Origin: Eledone cirrhosa
Taxonomy: Eukaryota
Assembly: GCA_964016885.1 (NCBI GenBank)
Contig: OZ024743.1
Coordinates: 135,718,001 to 135,782,000, forward strand
Direction of reading: 5' to 3'
DNA: 64,000 bases
Below, piece by piece: positions 1 through 11,229 of the stretch. The position numbers and the translations under genes are program-made. Every line of letters starts with the position of its first letter. Position 1 is the first letter of the stretch. The notes under the pieces were generated by a model. It saw only the letters and a program-made list of their open reading frames with translations, was not told the DNA's origin and searched no databases.

Positions 1-46
1 GGTGTTTGGTGCTTGGTGTTTGGTGCTTGGTGCTTGGTGTTTGGTG

Positions 47-3000
47 TTTGGTGTTTGGTGCTTGCTGCTTGCTGCTTGGTGTTTGGTGCTTGGTGATTGG
101 TGCTTGGTGTTTGGTGCTTGGTGCTTGGTGTTTGGTGCTAGGTGCTTGGTGCTTGGTGCTTGGTGTTTGGTGTTTGGTGCTTGGTACTTGGGGCTTTGTA
201 TTTGGTGCTTGGTGCTTCGTGTTTGGTGTTTGGTGCTTGGTGCTTGGTGTTTGGTGCTTGGTGTTTGGTGCTTGGTGCTTGGTGCTGTGTGGTTGGCGTT
301 TGGTTCTTGGTGCTTGGTGTTTGGTGCTTGGTGCTTGGTGTTTGGTGCTTGGTACTTGTTGTTTGGTGATTGGTGCTTGGTGCTTGGTGTTTGCTGTTTG
401 GTGCTTGGGGCTTGGTGTTTGGTGCTGCGTGCTTGGTGCTTGGTGCTTGGTGCTTGGTGCTTGGTGTTTGGTGTTTGATGATTGGTGTTTGGTGTTTGGT
501 GTTTGGTGCTTGGTGCTTGGTGTTTGGTGTTTGATGCTTGCTGCTTGATGCTTGGTGCTTGGTGCTTGGTGTTTGGTGCTTGGTGCTTGGTGTTTGGTGC
601 TTGGTGCTTGGTGTTTGGTGTTTGGTGCTTCATGCTTGGTGCTTGGTGTTTGGTGCTTGGTGCTTGGTGTTTGGTGCTTGGTGCCTGGTGCATGGTGTTT
701 GGTGCTTGATGCTTGGTGTTTGGTGTTTGGTGCTTGGTGTTTGGTGCTTGGTGCTTGGTGCTTGGTGTTAGGTGTTAGGTGTTTGATGCTTGGAGTTTGC
801 TGTTTGGTGTTTGGTGTTTGCTGTTTGGTGTTTGGTCTTTGGTGCTTGGTCTTTGGTGCTTGGTGTTTGGTGCTTGGTGCTTGGTGTTTGGTGCTTGGTG
901 CCTGGTGCTTGTTGTTTGGTGATTGGTGCTTGGTGTTTCCTGTTTGGTGTTTGGTGTTTGGTGTTTGCTGTTTTGTGTTTAGTGCTTGGTGCTTGGTGCT
1001 TGGTGTTTGGTGCTTGGTGCTTGGAGTTTGGTGCATGGTGCTTGATGCTTGGTGTTTGTACTTGGTGCTTGGTGCATGGTGTTTTGTGCTTGATTCTTGG
1101 TGTTTGGTGCTTGGTGTTTGGTGCTTAGTGCTTGGTGTTTGGTGTTTGGTACTTGGTGTTTGGTGCTTGGTGCTTGGTGCTTGGTGTTTGGTGTTTGGTG
1201 CTTCATGCTTGGTGCTTGGTGTTTGGTGCTTGGTGCTTGGTGTTTGGTGCTTGGTGCCTGGTGCATGGTGTTTGGTGCTTGATGCTTGGTGTTTGGTGTT
1301 TGATGCTTGGTGTTTGGTGCTTGGTGCTTGGTGCTTGGTGTTAGGTGTTAGGTGTTTGGTGATTGGTGCTTGGTGTTTGGTGCTTGGTGCTTGATGTTTG
1401 GTGCTTGGTGCTTGGTGTTTGGTGCTTGGTGTTTGGTGCTTTGTACTTGGGGCTTGGTGTTTGGTGCTTGGTGCTTGGTGTTTGGTGCTTGGTGATTAGT
1501 GTTGGGTGCTTGGTGCTTGGGGTTTGGTGTTTGGTGCTTCGTGCTTGGTGTTTGGTGCTTGGTGTTTGGTTTTTACTGTTTGGTGTTTGGTGTTTGCTGT
1601 TTGCTGTTTGCTGTTTGGTGTCTGCTTTTTGGTGTTTGGTGTTTGCTGTATCGTGTTTGCTGTTTCGTGTTTATTGTTTGCTGTTTGGTGTTTGGTGTTT
1701 GGTGTTTGGTGTTTCCTGTTTGGTGTTTAGTCTTTGGTGATTGGTGCTTGGTGCTTGGTGTTTGGTGTTTGGTGCTTGGTGCTTGGTGTTTGGTGCTTGG
1801 TACTTGTTGTTTGGTGATTGGTGCTTGGTGCTTGGTGTTTGCTGTTTGGTGCTTGGGGCTTGGTGTTTGGTGCTGCGTGCTTGGTGCTTGGTGCTTGGTG
1901 CTTGGTGCTTGGTGTTTGGTGTTTGATGATTGGTGTTTGGTGTTTGGTGTTTGGTGCTTGGTGCTTGGTGTTTGGTGTTTGATGCTTGCTGCTTGATGCT
2001 TGGTGCTTGGTGCTTGGTGTTTGGTGCTTGGTGCTTGGTGTTTGGTGCTTGGTACTTGGTGTTTGGTGCTTGGTGTTTGCTGTTTGCTGTTTGGTGTTTG
2101 GTGTTTGTTGTTTGCTGTTTGGTGTCTGCTTTTTGGTGTTTGTTGTTTGCTCTATGGTGTTTGTTGTTTCATGTTTGGTGTTTGCTGTTTGGTGTTTGCT
2201 GTTTGCTGTTCGGTGTTTGGTGCTTGGTGTTTGGTGCTTGGTGCTTGGTGTTTGGTGCTAGGTGCTTCATGCTTGGTGTTTGGTGTTTGGTGTTTGGTGC
2301 TTGGTACTTGGGGCTTGGTGTTTGGTGCTTGGTGCTTCGTGCTTGGTGTTTGGTGCTTGGTGCTTGGTGTTTGGTGTTTGGTGCTCGGTGCCTGGTGCTT
2401 GTTGTTTGGTGATTGGTGCTTGGTGTTTGCTGTTTGGTGCTGCGTGCTTGGTGCTTGGTGCTGGTGCTTGGTGCTTGGTGTTTTGTGTTTGGTGTTTGAT
2501 GCTTGGTGTTTGGTGTTTGGTGCTTGGTTCTTGGTGTTTGGTGTTTGATGCTTGGTGCTTGATGCTTGGTGCTTGGTGCTTGGTGTTTGGTGCTTGGTGC
2601 TTGGTGTTTGTACTTGGTGTTTGGTGCTTGGTGTTTGGTGCTTGGTGCTTGGTGTTTGGTGCTTGGTGCTTGGTGCTTGGTGTTTGGTGCTTGGTGTTTG
2701 GTGCTTGGTGCCTGGTGCATGGTGTTTGTTGCTTGGTGCTTGGTGTTTGGTGTTTGGTGCTTGGTGTTTGGTGCTTGGTGCTTGGTGTTTGGTGATTGGT
2801 GTTTGGTGCTTGCTGCTTGCTGCTTGGTGTTTGGTGCTTGGTGATTGGTGCTTGGTGTTTGGTGCTTGGTGCTTGGTGTTTGGTGCTAGGTGCTTGGTGC
2901 TTGGTGCTTGGTGTTTGGTGTTTGGTGCTTGGTACTTGGGGCTTTGTATTTGGTGCTTGGTGCTTCGTGTTTGGTGTTTGGTGCTTGGTGCTTGGTGTTT

Positions 3001-3080
3001 GGTGCTTGGTGTTTGGTGCTTAGTGCTTGGTGCTGTGTGGTTGGCGTTTGGTTCTTGGTGCTTGGTGTTTGGTGCTTGGT
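47..3080 (+). repeat. Diverged left zone with short dispersed duplications: ~47-330 recurs at +2748, ~310-600 at +1448, ~600-790 at +573
   Basis: Private motif GCTGTGTGGTTGGCG at ~284 and ~3032 (ORFs 142/2890). TTGATGATTGG at ~475 and ~1923 (ORF stops 478/1926 and 548/1996). CTTCATGC at 628 and 1201. Confidence 0.8.
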
Positions 3081-6000
3081 GCTTGGTGCTTGGTGTTTGG
3101 TGCTTGGTGTTTGGTGTTTGGTGCTTGGTGCTTGGTGTTTGGTGCTTGGTGCTTGGTGTTAGGTGTTTGGTGCTTGGTGCTTGGTGTTTTGTGCTTGGTG
3201 CGTGGTGCTTGGTGCTTGGTCCTTGGTGTTTGGTGCTGGGTGCTTGGTGTTTGATGCTTGGTGCTTGGTGTTTGGTGCTTGGTGCTTGGTGTTTGGGCTT
3301 GGTGCTGGTTGGTTGGTGTTTGGTGCTTGGTGTTTGGTGCTGGGTGCTTGGTGTTTGGTGCTTGGTGCTTGGTCTTTGGTGCTTGGTGTTTGGTGTTTGG
3401 TGCTTGGTGCTTGGTGTTTGGTGCTTGGTGCTTGGTGTTTAGTGCTTGGTGCTTAGTGTTTGGTGCTAGGTGCTTGGGGTTTGGTGTTTGGTGCTTGGTG
3501 TTTGGTGCTTGGTGCTTGGTGTTTGGTGCTTGGTGTTTGGTGTTTGCTGTTTGCTGTTTGGTGTTTGTTGTTTGGTGTTTGTTGTTTGGTGTTTGCTGTT
3601 TGGTGTTTCGTGTTTGCTGTTTCGTGTCTGCTTTTTGGTGTTTGGTGTTTGCTGTATGTTGTTTGCTGTTTGGTGTTTGGTGTTTGGTGTTTGGTGCTTG
3701 GTGCTTGGTGTTTGGTGCTTGGTGCTTGGTGTTTGGTGCCTGGTGCTTGGTGCTTGGTGTTTGGTGTTTGGTGTTTGGTGCTTGGTGCTTGGTGCTTGGT
3801 GTTTTGTGTTTGGTGTTTGGGTTTTGGTGCTTGGTGTTTGGTTCTTGGTTCTTGGTGTTTGGTGTTTGGTATTTGGTGTTTGGTGCTTGTTGCTTGGTGT
3901 TTTGTGCTTGGTGCTTGGTGTTTGGTGCCTGGTGCTTGGTGCTTGGTGCTTGGTGTTTGGTGTTTGGTGCTTGGTGCTTGTTGTTTTGGGTTTGGTGTTT
4001 GGTTTTTGGTGCTTGGTGCTTGGTGCTTGGTCCTTGGTGTTTGGTGCTGGGTGCTTTGTGTTTGGTGTTTGGTGCTTGGTGTTTGGTGTTTGCTGCTTGG
4101 TGTTTGATGCTTGGTGCTTGGTGCTTGGTGTTTTGTGTTTGGTGCTTGGTGTTTGGTGCTTGGTGCTTGGTGTTTGTACTTGGTGCTTGGTGCTTGGTGC
4201 TTGGTGTTTGGTGTTTGGTGCTTGGTGTTTGGTGCTTGGTGCTTGGTGCTTGGTGTTAGGTGTTTAGTGCTTGGTGCTTGGTGTTTGGTGCTTGGTGTTT
4301 GCTGTTTGCTGTTTGGTGTTTGGTCTTTGGTGTTTGGTGTTTGCTGTTTGGTGTCTGCTTTTTGGTGTTTAGTGTTTGCTGTATGGTGTTTGCTGTTTCG
4401 TGTTTGGTGTTTGTTGTTTGGTGTTTGGTCTTTGGTGCTTGGTGCTTGGTGCTTGGTGCTTGGTGCTTGGTGTTTGGTGTTTGGTGCTTGGTGCTTGGTG
4501 TTTGGTGTTTGTTGTTTGGTGCTTGGTGTCTGGTGCTTGGTGTTTGGTGTTTGGTGCTTGGTGTTTGGTGTTCGGTGTTTGGTGCTTGGTGCTTGGTGTT
4601 TGGTGTTCGGTGTTTGGTGCTTGGTGCTTGGTGTTTGGTGTTTGGTGCTTGGTGTTTGGTGTTTGGTGCTTTTTGCTTGGTGCTTGGTGCTTGGTGTTTG
4701 GTGCTTGGTGCTTGGTGTTTGGTGCTGGGTGCTTGGTGCTTGGTGTTTGACTGTTTGGTGCTTGGTGTTTGGTGTTTGGTGTTTGGTGTTATATGCTTGG
4801 TGTTTGATGCTTGGTGCTTGGTGCTTGGTGTTTGGTGTTTGGTGTTTGATGCTTGGTGCTTGGTGCTTGGTGTTTGGTCTTTGGTGCTTGGTGTTTGTAC
4901 TTGGTGCTTGGTGCTTGGTGCTTGGTGTTTGGTGCTTGGTGTTTGGTGCTTGGTGCTTGGTGCTTGGTGCTTGGTGTTTGGTGGTTGGTGTTTGGTGCTT
5001 GGTGTTAGGTGTTTGGTGCTTGGTGTTTGGTGTTTGGTGCTTGGTGTTTGGTGCTTGGTACTTGGTGCTTGGTGCTTGGTGTTAGGTGTTTGGTGCTTGG
5101 TGCTTGGTGCTTGGTGTTTGGTGCTTGGTGTTTGGTGCTTGGTGCTTGGTGCTTGGTGCTTGGTGCTTGGTGTTTGGTGGTTGGTGTTTGGTGCTTGGTG
5201 TTAGGTGTTTGGTGCTTGATGCTTGGTGTTTGGTGCTTTTTGCTTGGTGCTTGGTGCTTGGTGTTTGGTGCTTGATGCTTGGTGTTTGGTGCTGGGTGCT
5301 TGGTGCTTGGTGTTTGGTGTTTGGTGATTGGTGCTTGGTGTTTGGTGTTTGGTGTTTGGTGTTATATGCTTGGTGTTTGATGCTTGGTGCTTGGTGCTTG
5401 GTGCTTGGTACTTGGTGATTGATGCTTGGTGCTTGGTGCTTGGTGTTTGGTGCTTGGTGCTTGGTGTTTGGTGCTTGGTGCTTGGTGTTTGGTGCTTGGT
5501 GTTTGGTGCTTGGTGTTTGGTGATTGGTGCTTGGTGCTTGGTGCTTGGTGCTTGGTGTTTGGTGGTTGGTGCTTGGTGTTAGGTGTTTGGTGCTTGGTGC
5601 TTGGTGTTTGGTGTTTGGTGCTTGGTGTTTGGTGTTTGGTGCTTGGTGTTTGGTGCTTGGTACTTGGTGCTTGGTGCTTGGTGTTAGGTGTTTGGTGCTT
5701 GGTGCTTGGTGTCTGGTTTTTGGTGCTTGGTGTTTGGTGTTTGGTGCTTGCTGCTGGCTGCTTGGTGTTTGGTGCTTGGTGATTGGTGCTTGGTGTTTGG
5801 TGCTTGGTGTTTGGTGTTTGTTGCTAGGTGCTTGGTGTTTGGTGCTTGGTGCTTGGTGTTTGTACTTGGTGCTTGGTGCTTGGTTCTTGGTGTTTGGTGC
5901 TTGGTGCTTGGTGTTTGGTGCTTGGTGCTTGGTGTTTGGTGCTTGGTGATTGGTGCTTGGTGTTTGGTGCTTGGTGCTTGGTGCTTGGTGTTTGGTGCTT

Positions 6001-6844
6001 GGTGTTTGGTGCTTGGTGTTAGGTCTTTGGTGCTTGGTGTTTGGTGTTATATGCTTGGTGTTTGATGCTTGGTGCTTGGTGCTTGGTGTTTGGTGCTTGG
6101 TGCTTGATGCTTGGTGCTTGGTTCTTGGTGTTTGGTGCTTGGTGCTTGGTGTTTGTACTTGGTGCTTGGTGCTTGGTTCTTGGTGTTTGGTGCTTGGTGC
6201 TTGGTGTTTGGTGCTTGGTGCTTGGTGTTTGGTGCTTAGTGTTTAGTCCTTGGTGCTTGGTGCTTGGTGCTTGGTGTTTGGTGCTTGGTGTTTGGTGCTT
6301 GGTGTTTGGTGCTTGGTGTTTGGTGTTTGTTGCTTGGTGCTTGGTGTTTGGTGTTTGGTGCTTGGTGTTTGGTGCTTGGTGTTTGGTGTTAGGTGTTTGG
6401 TGCTTGGTGTTTGGTGTTTGGTGCTTGGTGTTTGGTGCTTGGTGCTTGGTGTTTGGTGCTTGGTACTTGGTGCTTGGTGCTTGGTGTTAGGTGTTTGGTG
6501 CTTGGTGCTTGGTGTTTGGTTTTTGGTGCTTGGTGCTTGGTGTTTGGTGTTTGGTGCTTGCTGCTGGCTGCTTGGTGTTTGATGCTTGGTGATTGGTGCT
6601 TGGTGTTTGGTGCTTGGTGTTTGGTGTTTGGTGCTAGGTGCCTGGTGTTTGGTGCTTGGTGCTTGGTGCTTGGTGTTTGGTGTTTGGTGTTTGGTGCTTG
6701 GTGCTTGGTGTTTGGTGCTTGGTGCTGGGTGGTTGGTGTTTAGTGCTTGGTGTTTGGTGCTGGGTGCTTGGTGTTTGGTGCTTGGTGTTTGGTGTTTGGT
6801 GCTTGGTGCTTGGTGTTTGGTGCTTGGTGTTTAGTGTTTGGTGC

Positions 6845-9800
6845 TTGGTGCTTAGTGTTTGGTGCTAGGTGCTTGGTGTTTGGTGCTTGGTGCTTGGTGT
6901 TTGGTGCCTGGTGCTTGGTGTTTGGTGTTTGGTGTTTGGTGCTTGGTGCTTGGTGTTTGGTGTTTGCTGTTTGCTGTTTGGTGTTTGGTGTTTGGTGTTT
7001 GTTGTTTGGTGTTTGCTGTTTGGTGTTTGGTGTTTGCTTTTTGGTGTTTGGTGTTTGCTGTATGTTGTTTGCTATTTGGTGTTTGGTGTTTGGTGTTTGG
7101 TGCTTGTTGCTTGGTGTTTGGGGCTTGGTGCTTGGTGTTTGGTTCCTGGTGCTTGGTGCTTGGTGCGTGGTGTTTGGTGTTTGGTGCTTGGTGCTTGGAG
7201 TTTTGTGTTTGGTGCTTGGTGCTTGGTGTTTTGTGTTTCGTGTTTGGTTTTTGGTGCTTGGTGCTTGGTGCTTGGTCGTTGGTGTTTGGTGCTGGGTGCT
7301 TTGTCTTTGGTGCTTGGTGCTTGGTGCTTGGTGTTTGGTGTTTGCTGCTTGGTGTTTGATGCTTGGTGCTTGGTGCTTGGTGTTTTGTGTTTGGTGCTTG
7401 GTGTTTGGTGCTTGGTGCTTGGTGTTTGTACTTGGTGCTTGGTGCTTGGTGTTTGGTTCTTGGTTCTTGGTGTTTGGTGTTTGGCGATTGGTGTTTGGTG
7501 CTTGGTGCTTGGTGTTTGGTGCCTGGTGCTTGGTGCTTGGTGCTTGGTGTTTGGTGTTTGGTGCTTGGTGCTTGGAGTTTGGTGTTTGGTGCTTGGTGCT
7601 TGGTGTTTTGTGTTTGGTGCTTGGTGTTTGATGCTTGGTGCTTGGTGCTTGGTGTTTTGTGTTTGGTGCTTGGTTCTTGGTGTTTGGTGCTTGGTGCTTG
7701 GTGCTTGGTGTTTGTACTTGGTGCTTGGTGCTTGGTATTTGGTTCTTGGTTCTTGGTGTTTGGTACTTGGTGCTTGGTGCTTGGTGCTTGATGTTTGGTG
7801 TTTGGTGGTTGGTGTTTGGTGCTTGGTGCTTGGTGCTTGGTGTTAGGTGTTTGGTGCTTGGTCCTTGGTGTTTGGTGCTTGGTGTTTGGTGTTTGCTGTC
7901 TGCTTTTTGGTGTTTAGTGTTTGCTGTATGGTGTTTGGTGTTTGCTGTTTGGTGTTTGTTCTTTGGTGCTTGGTGTTTGGTGCTTGGTGCTTGGTGTTTG
8001 GTGTTTGGTGCTTGGTGCTTGGTGTTTGGTGTTATATGCTTGGTGTTTGATGCTTGGTGCTTGGTGCTTGGTGTTTGGTGTTTGGTGTTTGTACTTGGTG
8101 CTTGGTGCTTGGTGCTGGGTGTTTGGTGCTTGGTGTTTGGTGCTTGGTGCTCGGTGCTTGGTGCTTGGTGCTTGGTGTTTGGTGGTTGGTGTTTGGTGCT
8201 TGGTGTTAGGTGTTTGGTGATTGGTGCTTGGTGTTTGGTGCTTGGTGTTTGGTGCTCGGTACTTGGTGCTTGGTGCTTGTTGTTAGGTGTTTGGTGCTTG
8301 GTGTTTGGTGCTTGGTGCTTGGTGCTTGGTGCTTGGTGCTTGGTGCTTGGTGTTTGGTGGTTGGTGTTTGGTGCTTGGTGTTAGGTGTTTGGTGCTTGGT
8401 GCTTGGTGTTTGGTGTTTGGTGCTTGGTGTTTGCTGTTTGGTGCTTGGTGTTTGGTGCTTTTTGCTTGGTGCTTGGTGCTTGGTGTTTGGTGCTTGGTGC
8501 TTGGTGTTTGGTGTTTGGTGCTGGGTGCTTGGTGTTTGGTTGTTGGTGTTATATGCTTGGTGTTTGATGCTTGGTGCTTGGTGCTTGGTGTTTGGTGTTT
8601 GGTGCTTGGTGTTTGATGCTTGGTGCTTGGTGCTTGGTGTTTGGTGCTTGGTGCTTGGTGTTTGGTGCTTGGTGCTTGGTGTTTGGTGCTTGGTGTTTGG
8701 TGCTTGGTGTTTGGTGCTTGGTCCTTGGTGCTTGGTGCTTGGTGTTTGGTGGTTGGTGCTTGGTGCTTGGTGTTAGGTGTTTGGTGCTTGGTGCTTGGTG
8801 TTTGGTGTTTGGTGCTTGGTGTTTGGTGTTTGGTGCTTGGTGTTTGGTGCTTGGTACTTGGTGCTTGGTGCTTGGTGTTAGGTGTTTGGTGCTTGGTGTT
8901 TGGTGTCTGGTTTTTGGTGCTTGGTGCTTGGTGTTTGGTGCTAGGTGCTTGGTGTTTGGTGCTTGGTGCTTGGTGTTTGTACTTGGTGCTTGGTGATTGG
9001 TTCTTGGTGTTTGGTGCTTGGTGCTTGGTGTTTGGTGCTTGGTGCTTGGTGTTTGGTGCTTGGTGTTTGGTGCTTGGTGTTTGGTGCTTGGTGCTTGGTG
9101 CTTGGTGTTTGGTGCTTGGTGTTTGGTGCTTGGTGTTAGGTGTTTGGTGCTTGGTGCTTGGTGTTTGGTGCTTGGTGTTTGATGCTTGGTGCTTTGTGCT
9201 TGGTGTTTGGTGCTTGGTGCTTGGTGTTTGTACTTGGTGCTTGGTGCTTGGTTCTTGGTGTTTGGTGCTTGGTGCTTGGTGTTTGGTGTTTGGTGCTTGG
9301 TGTTTGGTGCTTGGTGTTTGGTGCTTGGTGCTTGGTGTTTGGTGCTTGGTGCTTGGTGCTTGTTGTTAGGTGTTTGGTGCTTGGTGTTTGGTGCTTGGTG
9401 TTTGGTGCTTGGTGTTTGGTGTTTGGTGCTTGGTGCTTGGTGTTTGGTGCTTGGTGTTTGGTGTTTAGTGCTTGGTGCTTAGTGTTTGGTGCTAGGTGCT
9501 TGGTGTTTGGTGCTTGGTGCTTGGTGTTTGGTGCCTGGTGCTTGGTGTTTGGTGTTTGGTGTTTGGTGCTTGGTGCTTGGTGTTTGGTGTTTGCTGTTTG
9601 CTGTTTGTTGTTTGGTGTTTGCTGTTTGGTGTTTGGTGCTTGGTGCTTAGTGTTTGGTGCTAGGTGCTTGGTGTTTGGTGCTTGGTGCTTGGTGTTTGGT
9701 GCCTGGTGCTTGGTGTTTGGTGTTTGGTGTTTGGTGCTTGGTGCTTGGTGTTTGGTGTTTGCTGTTTGCTGTTTGGTGTTTGGTGTTTGGTGTTTGTTGT

Positions 9801-10975
9801 TTGGTGTTTGCTGTTTGGTGTTTGGTGTTTGCTTTTTGGTGTTTGGTGTTTGCTGTATGTTGTTTGCTATTTGGTGTTTGGTGTTTGGTGTTTGGTGCTT
9901 GTTGCTTGGTGTTTGGTGCTTGGTGCTTGGTGTTTGGTTCCTGGTGCTTGGTGCTTGGTGCTTGGTGTTTGGTGTTTGGTGCTTGGTGCTTGGAGTTTAG
10001 TGTTTGGTGCTTGGTGCTTGGTGTTTTGTGTTTCGTGTTTGGTTTTTGGTGCTTGGTGCTTGGTGCTTGGTGTTTGGTGTTTGCTGCTTGGTGTTTGATG
10101 CTTGGTGCTTGGTGCTTGGTGTTTTGTGTTTGGTGCTTGGTGTTTGGTGCTTGGTGCTTGGTGTTTGTACTTGGTGCTTGGTGCTTGGTGTTTGGTTCTT
10201 GGTTCTTGGTGTTTGGTGTTTGGCGATTGGTGTTTGGTGCTTGGTGCTTGGTGTTTGGTGCCTGGTGCTTGGTGCTTGGTGCTTGGTGTTTGGTGTTTGG
10301 TGCTTGGTGCTTGGAGTTTGGTGTTTGGTGCTTGGTGCTTGGTGTTTTGTGTTTGGTGCTTGGTGTTTGATGCTTGGTGCTTGGTGCTTGGTGTTTTGTG
10401 TTTGGTGCTTGGTTCTTGGTGTTTGGTGCTTGGTGCTTGGTGCTTGGTGTTTGTACTTGGTGCTTGGTACTTGGTATTTGGTTCTTGGTTCTTGGTGTTT
10501 GGTACTTGGTGCTTGGTGCTTGGTGCTTGATGTTTGGTGTTTGGTGGTTGGTGTTTGGTGCTTGGTGCTTGGTGCTTGGTGTTAGGTGTTTGGTGCTTGG
10601 TCCTTGGTGTTTGGTGCTTGGTGTTTGGTGTTTGCTGTCTGCTTTTTGGTGTTTAGTGTTTGCTGTATGGTGTTTGGTGTTTGCTGTTTGGTGTTTGTTC
10701 TTTGGTGCTTGATGTTTGGTGCTTGGTGCTTGGTGTTTGGTGTTTGGTGCTTGGTGCTTGGTGTTTGGTGTTATATGCTTGGTGTTTGATGCTTGGTGCT
10801 TGGTGCTTGGTGTTTGGTGTTTGGTGTTTGTACTTGGTGCTTGGTGCTTGGTGCTGGGTGTTTGGTGCTTGGTGTTTGGTGCTTGGTGCTTGGTGCTTGG
10901 TGCTTGGTGCTTGGTGTTTGGTGGTTGGTGTTTGGTGCATGGTGTTAGGTGTTTGGTGATTGGTGCTTGGTGTTT
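6845..10975 (+). repeat. Higher-order duplication: ~6845-8235 copied at ~9640-10975 (offset 2795, then 2739)
   Basis: ORF pairs 6859/9654, 7363/10102, 7635/10374, 7847/10586, 7921/10660. Shared private variants GCTATTTGG (~7071/9867) and TTGTTCTTTGG (~7956/10695). Confidence 0.85.
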
Positions 10976-11229
10976 GGTGTTTGGTGTTTGGTGTTATATG
11001 CTTGGTGTTTGATGCTTGGTGCTTGGTGCTTGGTGTTTGGTGTTTGGTGCTTGGTGTTTGATGCTTGGTGCTTGGTGCTTGGTGTTTGGTGCTTGGTGCT
11101 TGGTGTTTGGTGCTTGGTGCTTGGTGTTTGGTGCTTGGTGTTTGGTGCTTGGTGTTTGGTGCTTGGTCCTTGGTGCTTGGTGCTTGGTGTTTGGTGGTTG
11201 GTGCTTGGTGCTTGGTGTTAGGTGTTTGG

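Noticed and set aside
2455-2470. Chi-like motifs (GCTGGTGC here; GCTGGGTGG elsewhere)
   Set aside because: Neither matches E. coli Chi (GCTGGTGG) exactly, and resemblance is expected from the composition.
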